A DNA stretch of 45,938 nucleotides from Spirochaetota bacterium (lineage in GTDB: Bacteria; Spirochaetota; B62-G9; DRHN01), in assembly GCA_035527995.1 (NCBI GenBank), contig DATKZJ010000063.1, positions 1 to 45,938 of the forward strand, written 5' to 3'. The notes under the pieces were generated by a model. It made no database searches. It was not told the DNA's origin and saw nothing but the letters and a program-made list of their open reading frames with translations. Shown here in pieces: positions 8,789 to 17,822 of this stretch. A program made the position numbers and the translations under genes. Position 1 is the stretch's first letter, and each line of letters opens with the position of its first letter.

Positions 8789-10888
8789 TCAGAAGAGGTT
8801 CCATATTACCCCGCTGATCTCCCTGATCATCGGAACCAGGACGAGTGAGATCACGCTCATAAGCTTTATCAGGATGTTGATCGACGGACCCACTGTATCC
8901 TTCATGGGATCGCCGACAGTATCACCGACAACCGCAGCCTTGTGCGCCTCGGAGCCTTTTCCGCCGTGTTTGCCTTCTTCGATGTACTTTTTGGCGTTGT
9001 CCATGGCTCCGCCGGAGTTTGCGTACTGGATTCCGATAATGATACCCGAAACAATAGCCCCTATGAGGGTACCTGCAAGAGTAACCGGACCGAACACTAT
9101 CCCTACGGCGAGCGGGGTGAGAATTGCGATCGCTCCTGGGAGCAGCATTCCCTTTATTGCTCCCTTGGTTGCAATGTCCACGCATGTCTTCGAGTCAGGC
9201 TCCCCCTTGCCATCCATGATGCCGGGGATCTCCTTGAACTGACGGCGTACTTCCGCCACCATCTCGAACGCCTCCTTCTTCACCGCCTCGAACAGAAGCG
9301 AGGAGAAAAGAAACGGCAGCATACCGCCGATAAGGAGTCCTGAGAGCACCTTGATAGAGGAGAGTGCGAGCGAACTCTCAGCAATGTTGGCGGACACGAT
9401 ATAGGCGGCAAGCAGACCGATCGCAGCGTACGCGGCCGACCCTATTGCAAACCCTTTACCGATAGCGGCAGTGGTGTTCCCCACCGAATCGAGATGATCC
9501 GTCACTCCTCTCACTTCAGGCGGGAGACCGGACATCTCTGCTATTCCGCCAGCGTTATCGGCAATCGGACCGTACGAGTCTACGGAGACGATCATCCCGG
9601 TTGTGACGAGCATCCCGAACGATGCTATCCCGATTCCCAAGATCCCCGCACTTCCTGAAGAGATGATGATCGCAAACACTATTGCAATAACCGGTATAAA
9701 AACACTCTTCATTCCGAGGGCAAGGCCGCCTACCACACCGATTGCCGGACCGGTCTCGCAGCTTTCTGCGAGCCGCTTCACAGGCCGGTACCGGTTCGAC
9801 GTGTAGATCTCACTCACAAAGCCTATGATTATTCCCGATATGGTGCCGGAGACGAGACTCCAGAAGATCCCCCACTTTCCGTAGTTACCGAAAGGAGCGC
9901 CCGTTTTCCATATTATCACAGCGGAGAGGATCATAGTGAGCACCGCAGCTACGTACGTACCGCCCAGCAGCGCACCCTGTGGGTTCTTCCTCGCAGCCGC
10001 TTTCACAAACATCACCCCGAGTATAGACGATATGATGCCTGCCGAAGCAATGGAGAGAACTAGCTGGATGATGTTCTTGACTCCATCGAGGTTGACTGCC
10101 GTGAGCTTCATCGTTCCGAGTGAAACGACGGAGATCGCGAGCACCATGCTCGCAATCATCGACTCTATGTATGACTCGAGAAGGTCCGCTCCGAGCCCCG
10201 CAGTGTCCCCGACATTATCTCCGACATTGTCGGCAATGACGGCCGGGTTTCTCGGATCATCTTCAGGAATGCCCGCCTCGACCTTTCCGACGAGGTCCGC
10301 TCCCATGTCCGCGCCCTTGGTAAATATACCACCGCCTGAACGGGCAAACAGGGCAAAGAGGCTCGCACCCATTGCGTATGCGTTGATGTTACCGAGCTTT
10401 CTTATAAACAGCGCCGAATCGGTTTCCCTGAATACCCCGAAGGCGAAGAGCAGTATCACCAGTCCGAGGAGGGCGATACCGACAACGGAAAGACCCATCA
10501 CCGCACCTCCGGAGATCGCTATGTTGAGGGCTCCCTTCATGCCGCCATCCCTTGCTGCATGGGTGGTACGTACGTTCGCCCTCGTCGCTATCGACATCCC
10601 GATGAGTCCCGCCGCTCCTGAGACGATCGCACCCCATACAAACGAGACCGCAGACGCGTATCCGAAGTATTTCCTGGTGAACAGCATCGCGAGCGCGATA
10701 ACACCCACGACGATGAAGATGTAGGTGTACTCCCGCCGCAGGAAGGTCGATGCGCCGATCTGTATCTGCCGTGCGATTTTCCGCATTACATCGGTTCCCT
10801 CTTCCTTCGAGAGCACGGAACGAATAAGTAAAAGCACTACAATGATAGCAATGACACTCGAAACGAGACCAAGTACAAGTCCGCTCAT
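8789..10888 (-). CDS. hppA: Membrane-bound pyrophosphate-energised cation pump, K+-dependent type
   Basis: The ORF track gives 8789..10951. I prefer the ATG at 10888, which has GGAGG 5 nt upstream. Multi-TM protein with M-PPase motifs GGIFTKGADMGADLVGKVE, DNVGDNVGD, DSVGNTTAAIGKGFAIGSAA and DTVGDPMKD. GNTTAA (Ala rather than Lys) is the established K+-dependence signature. Confidence 0.9.
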   Translation of the reverse strand: MSGLVLGLVSSVIAIIVVLLLIRSVLSKEEGTDVMRKIARQIQIGASTFLRREYTYIFIVVGVIALAMLFTRKYFGYASAVSFVWGAIVSGAAGLIGMSIATRANVRTTHAARDGGMKGALNIAISGGAVMGLSVVGIALLGLVILLFAFGVFRETDSALFIRKLGNINAYAMGASLFALFARSGGGIFTKGADMGADLVGKVEAGIPEDDPRNPAVIADNVGDNVGDTAGLGADLLESYIESMIASMVLAISVVSLGTMKLTAVNLDGVKNIIQLVLSIASAGIISSILGVMFVKAAARKNPQGALLGGTYVAAVLTMILSAVIIWKTGAPFGNYGKWGIFWSLVSGTISGIIIGFVSEIYTSNRYRPVKRLAESCETGPAIGVVGGLALGMKSVFIPVIAIVFAIIISSGSAGILGIGIASFGMLVTTGMIVSVDSYGPIADNAGGIAEMSGLPPEVRGVTDHLDSVGNTTAAIGKGFAIGSAAYAAIGLLAAYIVSANIAESSLALSSIKVLSGLLIGGMLPFLFSSLLFEAVKKEAFEMVAEVRRQFKEIPGIMDGKGEPDSKTCVDIATKGAIKGMLLPGAIAILTPLAVGIVFGPVTLAGTLIGAIVSGIIIGIQYANSGGAMDNAKKYIEEGKHGGKGSEAHKAAVVGDTVGDPMKDTVGPSINILIKLMSVISLVLVPMIREISGVIWNLF

Positions 10889-11291
10889 AATCACCTCCGA
10901 ATAGAACAAGTTTGATTGCACCGTACCGGACCTCTCGTGTACCGACTCCAAGCATTTTTTAGTTACTTCAAGCTAATTTTTTTTATCGAATATGTCAATA
11001 AAAAGGTAGATCATCAGGACTATGTGTACCTGAACCTGGATAGTTTGCTGTGAGAAAACCGCTTTTTTACTACCGTGATTTGAAAGTTGAGTATTGCGTG
11101 CGAGTAACCTACACCATGAAATATAATACATTGCGCAGCCTGATGTTGGCTGTCCTCTACCATTTCCGGAATATCATGAAAAAACCCTGATGCTTTGGCA
11201 AGGCGCCTACAGTTCGGCAAGATCCACATGGGAGGTTACAGGCCTTCGATCGGAATTTTAGGTATGCATGACGGCTGCACCGTGCGTGCCG

Positions 11292-11978
11292 TTACCGGAG
11301 ATTTGCTCCTTTTGCCAGCGCTCTGCCTGCCGGTGTGAGAAAAACTGCTTCGGCTTGCATCTTTTTCATTCGGCTGGATTCTTTTTTGAGGTGTGCAAGG
11401 CGGTCGGCATCGTGCACTATCTTATAATTCATGGATCCGCCCCCCCTGTCTTCGTGAAGGGTGGCGATGATCTCGCAGATCTCATCGATGTGATCCATCT
11501 GCAGCCCTTCTTTCAGGAGGAACTTTCTCGCCTCCTCCTCTCCGCTACTCTCAGGGCTGACGACTTCATCCCTGGGCCCGATATCATGAAGTATTGCGGC
11601 AGGGATCACGATATGCGCGTCTCCTCCCTCCCTGCTCAGGACCTCTTCGGCATAACGGAGGACGGTTTTTGCCTGTTCCATTCTCCTGCGGTCGGGCCCG
11701 AACCTCTCCCCCAAAGCGGTCAAGAGTCTCTGCTTCACCGATTTCACCCTGCTATTCATGTAGCTCGCATACTGCGCGTCACCGATACACTCTCTTGCAA
11801 TCTTGCACCACTCGATACAGCTCATATCCTGAAACCGCGTCACAACCGTGCTGCAGTTCCTGCAAGGAGCACTTATTTCATCGGTCCAGATCTCGACCTC
11901 ATACCTGCATGATGGGCATCTGAAAATTTCAGGCTCGGGCTGCCTCATGAGCTTTGCGCCCGGGCATTTCATGTTCAT
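11292..11978 (-). CDS. HD-domain phosphohydrolase with N-terminal Cys4 zinc-ribbon
   Basis: The N-terminal CPGA...CPSC...CRNC pairs form a zinc-ribbon pattern. HD-superfamily signatures follow (AAILHDIG, then HDADRLAHL). Confidence 0.7.
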   Translation of the reverse strand: MNMKCPGAKLMRQPEPEIFRCPSCRYEVEIWTDEISAPCRNCSTVVTRFQDMSCIEWCKIARECIGDAQYASYMNSRVKSVKQRLLTALGERFGPDRRRMEQAKTVLRYAEEVLSREGGDAHIVIPAAILHDIGPRDEVVSPESSGEEEARKFLLKEGLQMDHIDEICEIIATLHEDRGGGSMNYKIVHDADRLAHLKKESSRMKKMQAEAVFLTPAGRALAKGANLR

Positions 11979-12184
11979 AAGGGTATCCTTTCAGCAGAAA
12001 GATTTTGAAGCGGATGTCGAGACTTCGTTTCCGCAATATATTAAATCATACAAAAACAGGACGTTTTCTTCCATTTAATAAATGGATACTCGAATATTCC
12101 TATTTCGCCTTGTTACATTAAAGCCGCACCATAGACACCCGATGGAGGAAGGCTTCGATATCCTTCCCTTTTTGCCCCTGCGTC

Positions 12185-12221
12185 ATCGTAACGCTGAAGC
12201 ATAAAGCTTCAGCGTTACGAT
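12185..12221 (-). terminator. Perfect 16-bp inverted-repeat hairpin just after the Fe-S gene stop (no clear U-tract)
   Basis: ATCGTAACGCTGAAGC (12185-12200), a 5-nt loop, then GCTTCAGCGTTACGAT (12206-12221). It sits between the Fe-S gene and the HD gene on the same strand. Its function (terminator, processing or stability element) is not established. Confidence 0.45.
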
Positions 12222-12226
12222 CTTTC

Positions 12227-13072
12227 TTACTTTTCCGCCAGCCACTCTTGTTTCAGTACTTCTCCTTTTACACTTATCACGATATGCTTGAGTGGAACAC
12301 GCCTTTGGGCAGATCCAAGCGCCTCCTCTGTGAGACGAAGGAGTCCCGAACAGCATGGAACCTCCATCGTAATCACTGTGAGGGTGTTTATCTTCGCATG
12401 ATCGAAAAGCGCCCGTATCTTTTCGAGGTAGATCTCCTTTCCGCTGTCAAGCTTCGGACATGCGATGGCAACCGACTTTCCGGCCAGAAACCGCTCATGG
12501 AAACCGCCTACCGCATACGCAACACAGTCGGCAGCCAGGAGCACGTCCTTTTCCCTGAAGAATGGAGCCATCGGCGATACGAGGTGGAGCTGGACAGGCC
12601 AGTGCCCAAGCCGTGACGGAGAGGCCGTACGCTCATTGCCTGCATCGGTCTTTTCCCTATCGAAGTCCAGTTCCCGTGACTCGGGACATCCGCCCCCGCA
12701 CGCCGAAGCAGGCTCCTGTTCTATCGTGATATCTATATCTCGTTCTTTCAGGAATTTCATCGCCTGTTTCAGATATTCCTCCTCGCCGTGATCCTTCAGG
12801 TGCAGTAGGTGTGCTTGTACGGTATTTTCCCCCTGCTTCACCACATTTTCCATTACGAGGCTTTCGTCGTACGCTTCCGCCTCTCTCTTTTCTATTGTAA
12901 TTGCGCCCTCTGGACAGTGTCCCAGGCATGCTCCCAGCCCGTCGCAGAAAAGGTCCGACACAAGCCGCGCCTTGCCGTCTATGACCTGAATCGCTCCCTC
13001 GGGACAGTTTGGTATACAGAGTCCGCATCCTGTGCATTTATCCTCGTCTATTCTGATTATCTCTCTCTTCAT
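12227..13072 (-). CDS. 2x[4Fe-4S] ferredoxin-domain protein with Cys-rich C-terminal domain
   Basis: CTGCGLCIPNCP and CDGLGACLGHCP cluster motifs at the N-terminus. The C-terminal conserved block is WPVQLHL...ADCVAYA...ACPKLD...MEVPCCSGL. GGAGAAGAGGG lies upstream of the ATG. Confidence 0.75.
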   Translation of the reverse strand: MKREIIRIDEDKCTGCGLCIPNCPEGAIQVIDGKARLVSDLFCDGLGACLGHCPEGAITIEKREAEAYDESLVMENVVKQGENTVQAHLLHLKDHGEEEYLKQAMKFLKERDIDITIEQEPASACGGGCPESRELDFDREKTDAGNERTASPSRLGHWPVQLHLVSPMAPFFREKDVLLAADCVAYAVGGFHERFLAGKSVAIACPKLDSGKEIYLEKIRALFDHAKINTLTVITMEVPCCSGLLRLTEEALGSAQRRVPLKHIVISVKGEVLKQEWLAEK

Positions 13073-13127
13073 CCCTCTTCTCCTCTATCGTAGTGATATT
13101 AATATAGCGGCCTCTCAAAATAAAACC

Positions 13128-13141
13128 TTGATCTGTGTCAA
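13128..13141. promoter_or_regulatory. CRP/FNR-type palindrome TTGATctgtGTCAA in the divergent promoter region
   Basis: Half-sites TTGAT / TTGAC (reverse complement) with a 4-nt spacer inside the 91-bp gap between the Fe-S gene (start 13072, minus) and the crp/fnr gene (start 13164, plus). The centre lies about 62 nt from the Fe-S ATG. Confidence 0.5.
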
Positions 13142-13163
13142 GAAATCGCGTAAAAGTATAAGA

Positions 13164-13823
13164 ATGAATGTTGCAAACCTCTTGCGGCTGGCGGAGTTCT
13201 TCAGGGGACTCTCAGGCTCGAGCATCAAAACACTTGCCGAAATATGTATCCCGAAAACCATCGAAAAGAAAAAGCTTCTTTTCAGTGAGGGACAACAGGG
13301 GCATGCAGTATACCTCCTCACAAGCGGGGCCGTACAGCTCTTAAAGACCGCGGCTGACGGCCATGAGACTGTCATCAAGGTCGTGGGCCCGGGCGAGATA
13401 TTCGGGGAGGTCATCCTCTTCGAGCAGAAGAGCTATCCTGTGAGCGCACGCGCGCTCGGCAGGAGCGCCGTTGTCCTTATACCGAGAATACAGCTCCACT
13501 GCCTCCTGAACAACGAGGATTTCAGAAACGACTTCATGCGCATGATGATGGCCAAACAGCGATACCTCACCGATCGTATCCTCCTCCTCACCGCATACGA
13601 TATAGAAGAGCGTTTTTTCATGTTTCTCTCCGAACATTATGGAGAAAAAGAGGAGTACACACTTCCCATGTCAAAAAAGGACCTCGCCTCGAGCATAGGC
13701 ACACTGCCGGAGACACTGTCGAGGCTGCTCGGACGGCTCGAGAAGGAGGGAAAGATTACCGTAAGAGGAAACGTATTCCGCATGAGAGAGGGGTTTTGGG
13801 AAGACAGAAGACCCCAAGGGTGA
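13164..13823 (+). CDS. Crp/Fnr-family transcriptional regulator
   Basis: The track ORF starts at 13032, but the cNMP-binding-like domain begins at MNVANLLRLAEFFRGLS (ATG 13164). It has a beta-roll with GEIFGE and a C-terminal HTH (SKKDLASSIGTLPETLSRLLGRLEKEG). Confidence 0.85.
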   Translation: MNVANLLRLAEFFRGLSGSSIKTLAEICIPKTIEKKKLLFSEGQQGHAVYLLTSGAVQLLKTAADGHETVIKVVGPGEIFGEVILFEQKSYPVSARALGRSAVVLIPRIQLHCLLNNEDFRNDFMRMMMAKQRYLTDRILLLTAYDIEERFFMFLSEHYGEKEEYTLPMSKKDLASSIGTLPETLSRLLGRLEKEGKITVRGNVFRMREGFWEDRRPQG

Positions 13824-13846
13824 GCGTTCATGCCTTTCGTTTCATT

Positions 13847-14212
13847 TCAATCGAACTCAGTATACTTCTTGTTGCTGTTGTAGCTCTTGCTGAGAGGATA
13901 CTTCCTTTTGTTGATCAGAAACTTCTCCCTGACGGTATCCGAGAGGTCCATCCCCACGCTGTCGGCGAAGAACAGAAGATAGATGAAGATATCGGCGATC
14001 TCTTCCCGTATCCTGCGTTTCCCCTCCTCTGAAAACGAGAGAGCGTCCACTTGTTTTTCCGACTTCCATAAGAATAGCTCCTGGAGCTCTCCCGCTTCGA
14101 TCGAGAGCGCAGCCGCGAGATTCTTCGGGTCGTGATACTGTTTCCAGTTCCTCTCGTCCCTGATCTTCAGCGCTTCATCCAGAAGCTGTTTAATCGTTGT
14201 TTTATGGTCCAT
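13847..14212 (-). CDS. MazG-like nucleoside triphosphate pyrophosphohydrolase
   Basis: 121 aa with the paired acidic helices EAGELQELFLW and EEIADIFIYLL characteristic of all-alpha MazG/dCTPase-type NTP-PPases. Confidence 0.8.
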   Translation of the reverse strand: MDHKTTIKQLLDEALKIRDERNWKQYHDPKNLAAALSIEAGELQELFLWKSEKQVDALSFSEEGKRRIREEIADIFIYLLFFADSVGMDLSDTVREKFLINKRKYPLSKSYNSNKKYTEFD

Positions 14213-14393
14213 CGAAGCCTGCCCCCTTTGTCATGGCAAACAGAAGATAATGATATATATGAATGTACAATCATGAATCCGGCTTTTACTCGAGGTTCTG
14301 TTTCACTGAATACAAGGTGCTACTTCCGGCACCTCTCTTACGGTTGATTTCAGGTATAATACTCAGGATCCGTAGCATCGGAAACATCTGTTC

Positions 14394-15625
14394 TCAGTAA
14401 TATTCGGTGAAGTCACGATTATCCTCACCTTTCAGCATAGCCGAGATATATTTTGCCGCTTTACGGGCGCCGTGGAGCGGTATTTTCCGATAGTCCGCCG
14501 CTCTTCCGATATTGGCGCATATCGCTTCGGAGAGCGATCCCGCAGCAGTCTCTGAATACGACATCCTTATCCCCGCACCGTGCCGCAGAAGCCTCGTGGA
14601 ACAAGCCTCTGCTGCTCGAAATGATCTTCCAGAGGAAAATAGATAAAGGGACGCTGAAGCGCGGTAAGCTCGAGGGTGGTGCTTCCTCCTCCCTGTACAA
14701 CCGCGATATCCGAGGCTGCGAAATGCTCGTAGAGATTCGGAACAAACCCTTTTACGGTTACGCCTTCCCCTGATTCGATGCCTTCCGGCGAGATACCCGG
14801 TCCGCACACCAGCACCATCCGGAGATTTGGAACCCGCCTCCTTATGAGCGGGTATGCACTCCTGCAGAGCCTTAAGAGCTCCGCCCCGATCGGGGACCCT
14901 CCGCTAGAACATACAACGAGAGGTTCTTTTCCGTACCCGAGTCGGTTCTTAATTTCATCCCTGTTCTTGTAATCCTCAGGCTCGAAACCGAGCACGTATC
15001 CAAGAAAGGTGCACCTCAGATTCGCATACTCGCGCTTTCTGGGGAGGAGGAGCCCGAACCTCTCATCCGGAACATCGTCCGGCTCCCCGACGAAGAGCGT
15101 ATGATAGCCGGGCACGTGTGTTTTTCCGGTCCCCGACCATACACGGTTCATCACCCAGAGCTGGAGGCGTTCCGCAGGCCGCCCGGACATCGGCTCGAAA
15201 CCGATGAAATCCACTATCTCCACGAAAACAGGCCTTCGGCCTCCCTTTGCCTTGCATATATAGTATGAAATCTCGTACGCCTCATCCGCCACCACGAGGT
15301 CGAAGCTGTACCGAGAGAGAATCTTCTTGAACAGAGCTATATTGTGAAGCCACCCTTTTGCTGCCCGCTTCCCGTACCGAAACAGGTTGAGGCTCGTTCC
15401 TTTTGCCGCGGAACGGGCGGCCTCGTTCACGTCGTAGTAGCTGTCCGACTCTTCGAGAAGTGTCTCTCCTCTTTCTTCGAGCAGCATTTTAGCCGACCCT
15501 GAGGCGAGCCACCCTATCTCGACATCCTTGCATACTCTCCTGAGCTCATTCGCGATTGCCATGTCCCGCGTATCATGGCCGAGTCCGACCGAGCCTGATA
15601 TGTACAGCACGTTTAATGTTCGCAC
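14394..15625 (-). pseudogene. GT-B glycosyltransferase (MurG/GT28-like) interrupted by a single frameshift
   Basis: Frame A (14567..15625) ends ...EDHFEQQRLVPRGFCGTVRG*. The expected C-terminus continues in another frame (14394..~14600) as ...STRLLRHGAGIRMSYSETAAGSLSEAI.... The junction lies between about 14597 and 14611. Confidence 0.6.
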
Positions 15626-15678
15626 AAGCCGCTTCCCTCGTCGTCAATGTTATCCATACTGTTCATCGTCGGAGGAAG

Positions 15679-16550
15679 TCAAAAGACCTTTTCAGTATCA
15701 ATCTCCTGAACAAAAGATGGGCGGTGAGATGCAAAAGCTGGGGAGCATGTACCGTACCAGCCCTCCCAATTCCTCCAGAGGTCATCCGAGGACCTCTTCG
15801 GGATCCACGGGTCGAGAAGAGCCGAAAACATCATCACCCTGTTTGTATCTATGAATTTTGCGAACAGGGACGGGTCGTAACGAAAGAAACTCGGTATCCT
15901 CTCGAGGTCTTCCAGAGATGTAAAAGAGCGGGCACAGTCATCGAGATCCTCCCCGATCCGGACCGATTGCTCACGATGAGCGCGCCGGCTCTTTCCGGTC
16001 CGGTAGAGCTTTGTTGCGATGCTGTGCCATGAGATGATCTTGAGGTTTCCTCCTGTGATGACGAGAACGCAGCGTTCGATCCTCGTATCGACCGCCATTG
16101 TGATGGCAGCGATCATCCCGCCGCTCGAGATCCCCATGATGTGTATTCTTTCGTAGCCCGATCTCTCCAGAAAATCGACACATGTTCTTACATCAACCAC
16201 CGCCTGATAGAACTTTTTTTTCCATGACCTCGGTCGGACCGCCGAGGAACCTGTCGAACTGCTCGCGGTCCTTTGATACTCTGCCGTAGTGAAACGGCAG
16301 AACAGGCATGAGGGCCGTGAAACCGTGCCATCATAGCATCTCCGCTTAAAACCGAGGCCAGGAGAGGCTCCTTCTCCCCATGCCGTGCACGAACACCACC
16401 GCGCCTCTCGAGTTTGCCGATTCATACAGATACGCCACTGCCCTGTCCACTTCCGGGCAACCTGACGGGAGCGGGCTTTTGAAAGCACACCTCCTTCGGG
16501 TTTTCACCTGAGACATCGAACAGCACGCCGTCTCTCGAAACATCATACAT
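15679..16550 (-). pseudogene. Alpha/beta hydrolase with at least four frame disruptions
   Basis: Pieces of one hydrolase lie in three frames: MYDVSRDGVLFDVSGENPKEVCF / KSPLPSGCPEVDRAVAYLYESANSRGAVVFVHGMG / EKEPLLASVLSGDAMMAR / HGFTALMPVLPFHYGRVSKDREQFDRFLGGPTEVMEKK / FYQAVVDV...HIMGISSGG (GxSxG nucleophile elbow). One shift coincides with the T8 run at 16214-16221. Confidence 0.6.
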
Positions 16551-16811
16551 CTTCTGTTCTCCGCCGATTTTACCGCTTACAACGCACCACTCATCATAAT
16601 GTGTTATATAAAATGATGTCAAGGGAATGCGTCCTGGAGCGCCGTTCATTCGGTGTATGGCTGTTGCGGCAGCAATGGCCTTGCCCTGTCCCATATACAG
16701 ACCACCGGACATCCTCGTTTGCTACCTGACCGCTCGGAACCTGCAGATATACGATTTTGCGTCCGGACATATTTGGATGACAAAAATTTTCCCTTGTTTT
16801 ATACTTTCTAT

Positions 16812-17798
16812 ATGCCGACGAATGTCACGCCAGAATACAGAAAGGCTGAAGAGGCGTTCCGAGCCGCAAGCAGTACTGACGAGAAGATCGAACGACTCGA
16901 GGAGATGATAGCCCTTCTCCCGAAGCACAAGGGAACGGAACATCTCTACGCAGACCTGAAGCGCAGGCTTTCAAGGCTGAAGAAAGAGCAGGAATCATCT
17001 AAAAAGAAAACGGGCCGCGGGCCCGTCCTTGATTTCACACGAGAGGGAGCTGCCCAGATCATCATAGTCGGTCCCCCGAACTGCGGGAAGTCAACGATCC
17101 TCGATGCGCTTACACATGCACACCCGGAGATCGGGGACTACCCTTTTACAACGAACCGGCCGCAACCCGGGATGATGCCTTTCAAGGACATCCAGATTCA
17201 GCTCGTGGACACACCCCCGATGACAGGGGACTTCATGCACATGCACTTGCTCGGGCTCGTGAGGCACGCGGACGGCGTGCTGCTCGTTGCGGACCTCGCG
17301 TCCGATACGATCCTCGAAGACATGGATGCGGTTTTCGAGGCTTTCGGCTCACGTCATGTCAGGTTCGTTCCGGACCGAACATCCGACAGGGACAGCGTTT
17401 TTTGTAAGATCATCGCCAACAAGCGTGATGCACCGGATGCGGAGGACCGCCTGAAGCTGCTTCAGGAGTACCTCCACGAGGAGCCGGCAGGAGAGCGGCT
17501 CGATCTACTCCCCGTCTCATGCACCCAACAAAAACAGATTTCCGGGCTGCCCGAGATCATCTTCAACTGGCTCGGGATCATCAGGGTCTACACGAAGTCC
17601 CCCGGAAAGAAACCCAAGCTCGACCATCCTTTCACCATCTTTACAGGAGGGACCGTGGGGGATATCTGCGCGCTTGTGCACAGGGACTTCTCAGAAAACC
17701 TCAAGTTCGCCCGCCTGTGGCGCGGATCTCACGACCCTGTCACAGTGTCGAAAAACGAGATTGTGGAGGACGGCGACGTGGTGGAGCTGCATATTTAG
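16812..17798 (+). CDS. DRG/Rbg-like OBG-family GTPase with C-terminal TGS domain
   Basis: Preferred start is ATG 16812 (MPTNVTPEYRK). It has an N-terminal helical segment KHKGTEHLYADLKRRLSRLKKE as in DRG proteins, G1 GPPNCGKST, G4 NKRD, and a C-terminal TGS-like block IIRVYTKSPGKKP...GGTVGDICALVHRDF...ARLWRGS. Confidence 0.8.
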   Translation: MPTNVTPEYRKAEEAFRAASSTDEKIERLEEMIALLPKHKGTEHLYADLKRRLSRLKKEQESSKKKTGRGPVLDFTREGAAQIIIVGPPNCGKSTILDALTHAHPEIGDYPFTTNRPQPGMMPFKDIQIQLVDTPPMTGDFMHMHLLGLVRHADGVLLVADLASDTILEDMDAVFEAFGSRHVRFVPDRTSDRDSVFCKIIANKRDAPDAEDRLKLLQEYLHEEPAGERLDLLPVSCTQQKQISGLPEIIFNWLGIIRVYTKSPGKKPKLDHPFTIFTGGTVGDICALVHRDFSENLKFARLWRGSHDPVTVSKNEIVEDGDVVELHI

Positions 17799-17822
17799 GT
17801 ATCGAATGCAACAAAGACCCTC

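Noticed and set aside
9936-10955. Long ORFs 9936..10724 (+) and 10389..10955 (-) inside the pyrophosphatase gene
   Set aside because: They overlap a gene with unmistakable M-PPase motifs. Their sequences are Pro/Ser/Arg-rich shadow frames.
11268-11912. 214-aa plus-strand ORF overlapping the HD phosphohydrolase gene
   Set aside because: The minus-strand product has zinc-ribbon and HD signatures and an RBS. The plus-strand product has none.
14394-14807. 137-aa minus-strand ORF as an independent gene
   Set aside because: Only its last ~65 residues make sense (RLLRHGAGIRMSYSE...). These are the missing C-terminus of the adjacent glycosyltransferase in a shifted frame, so it is treated as part of one pseudogene.
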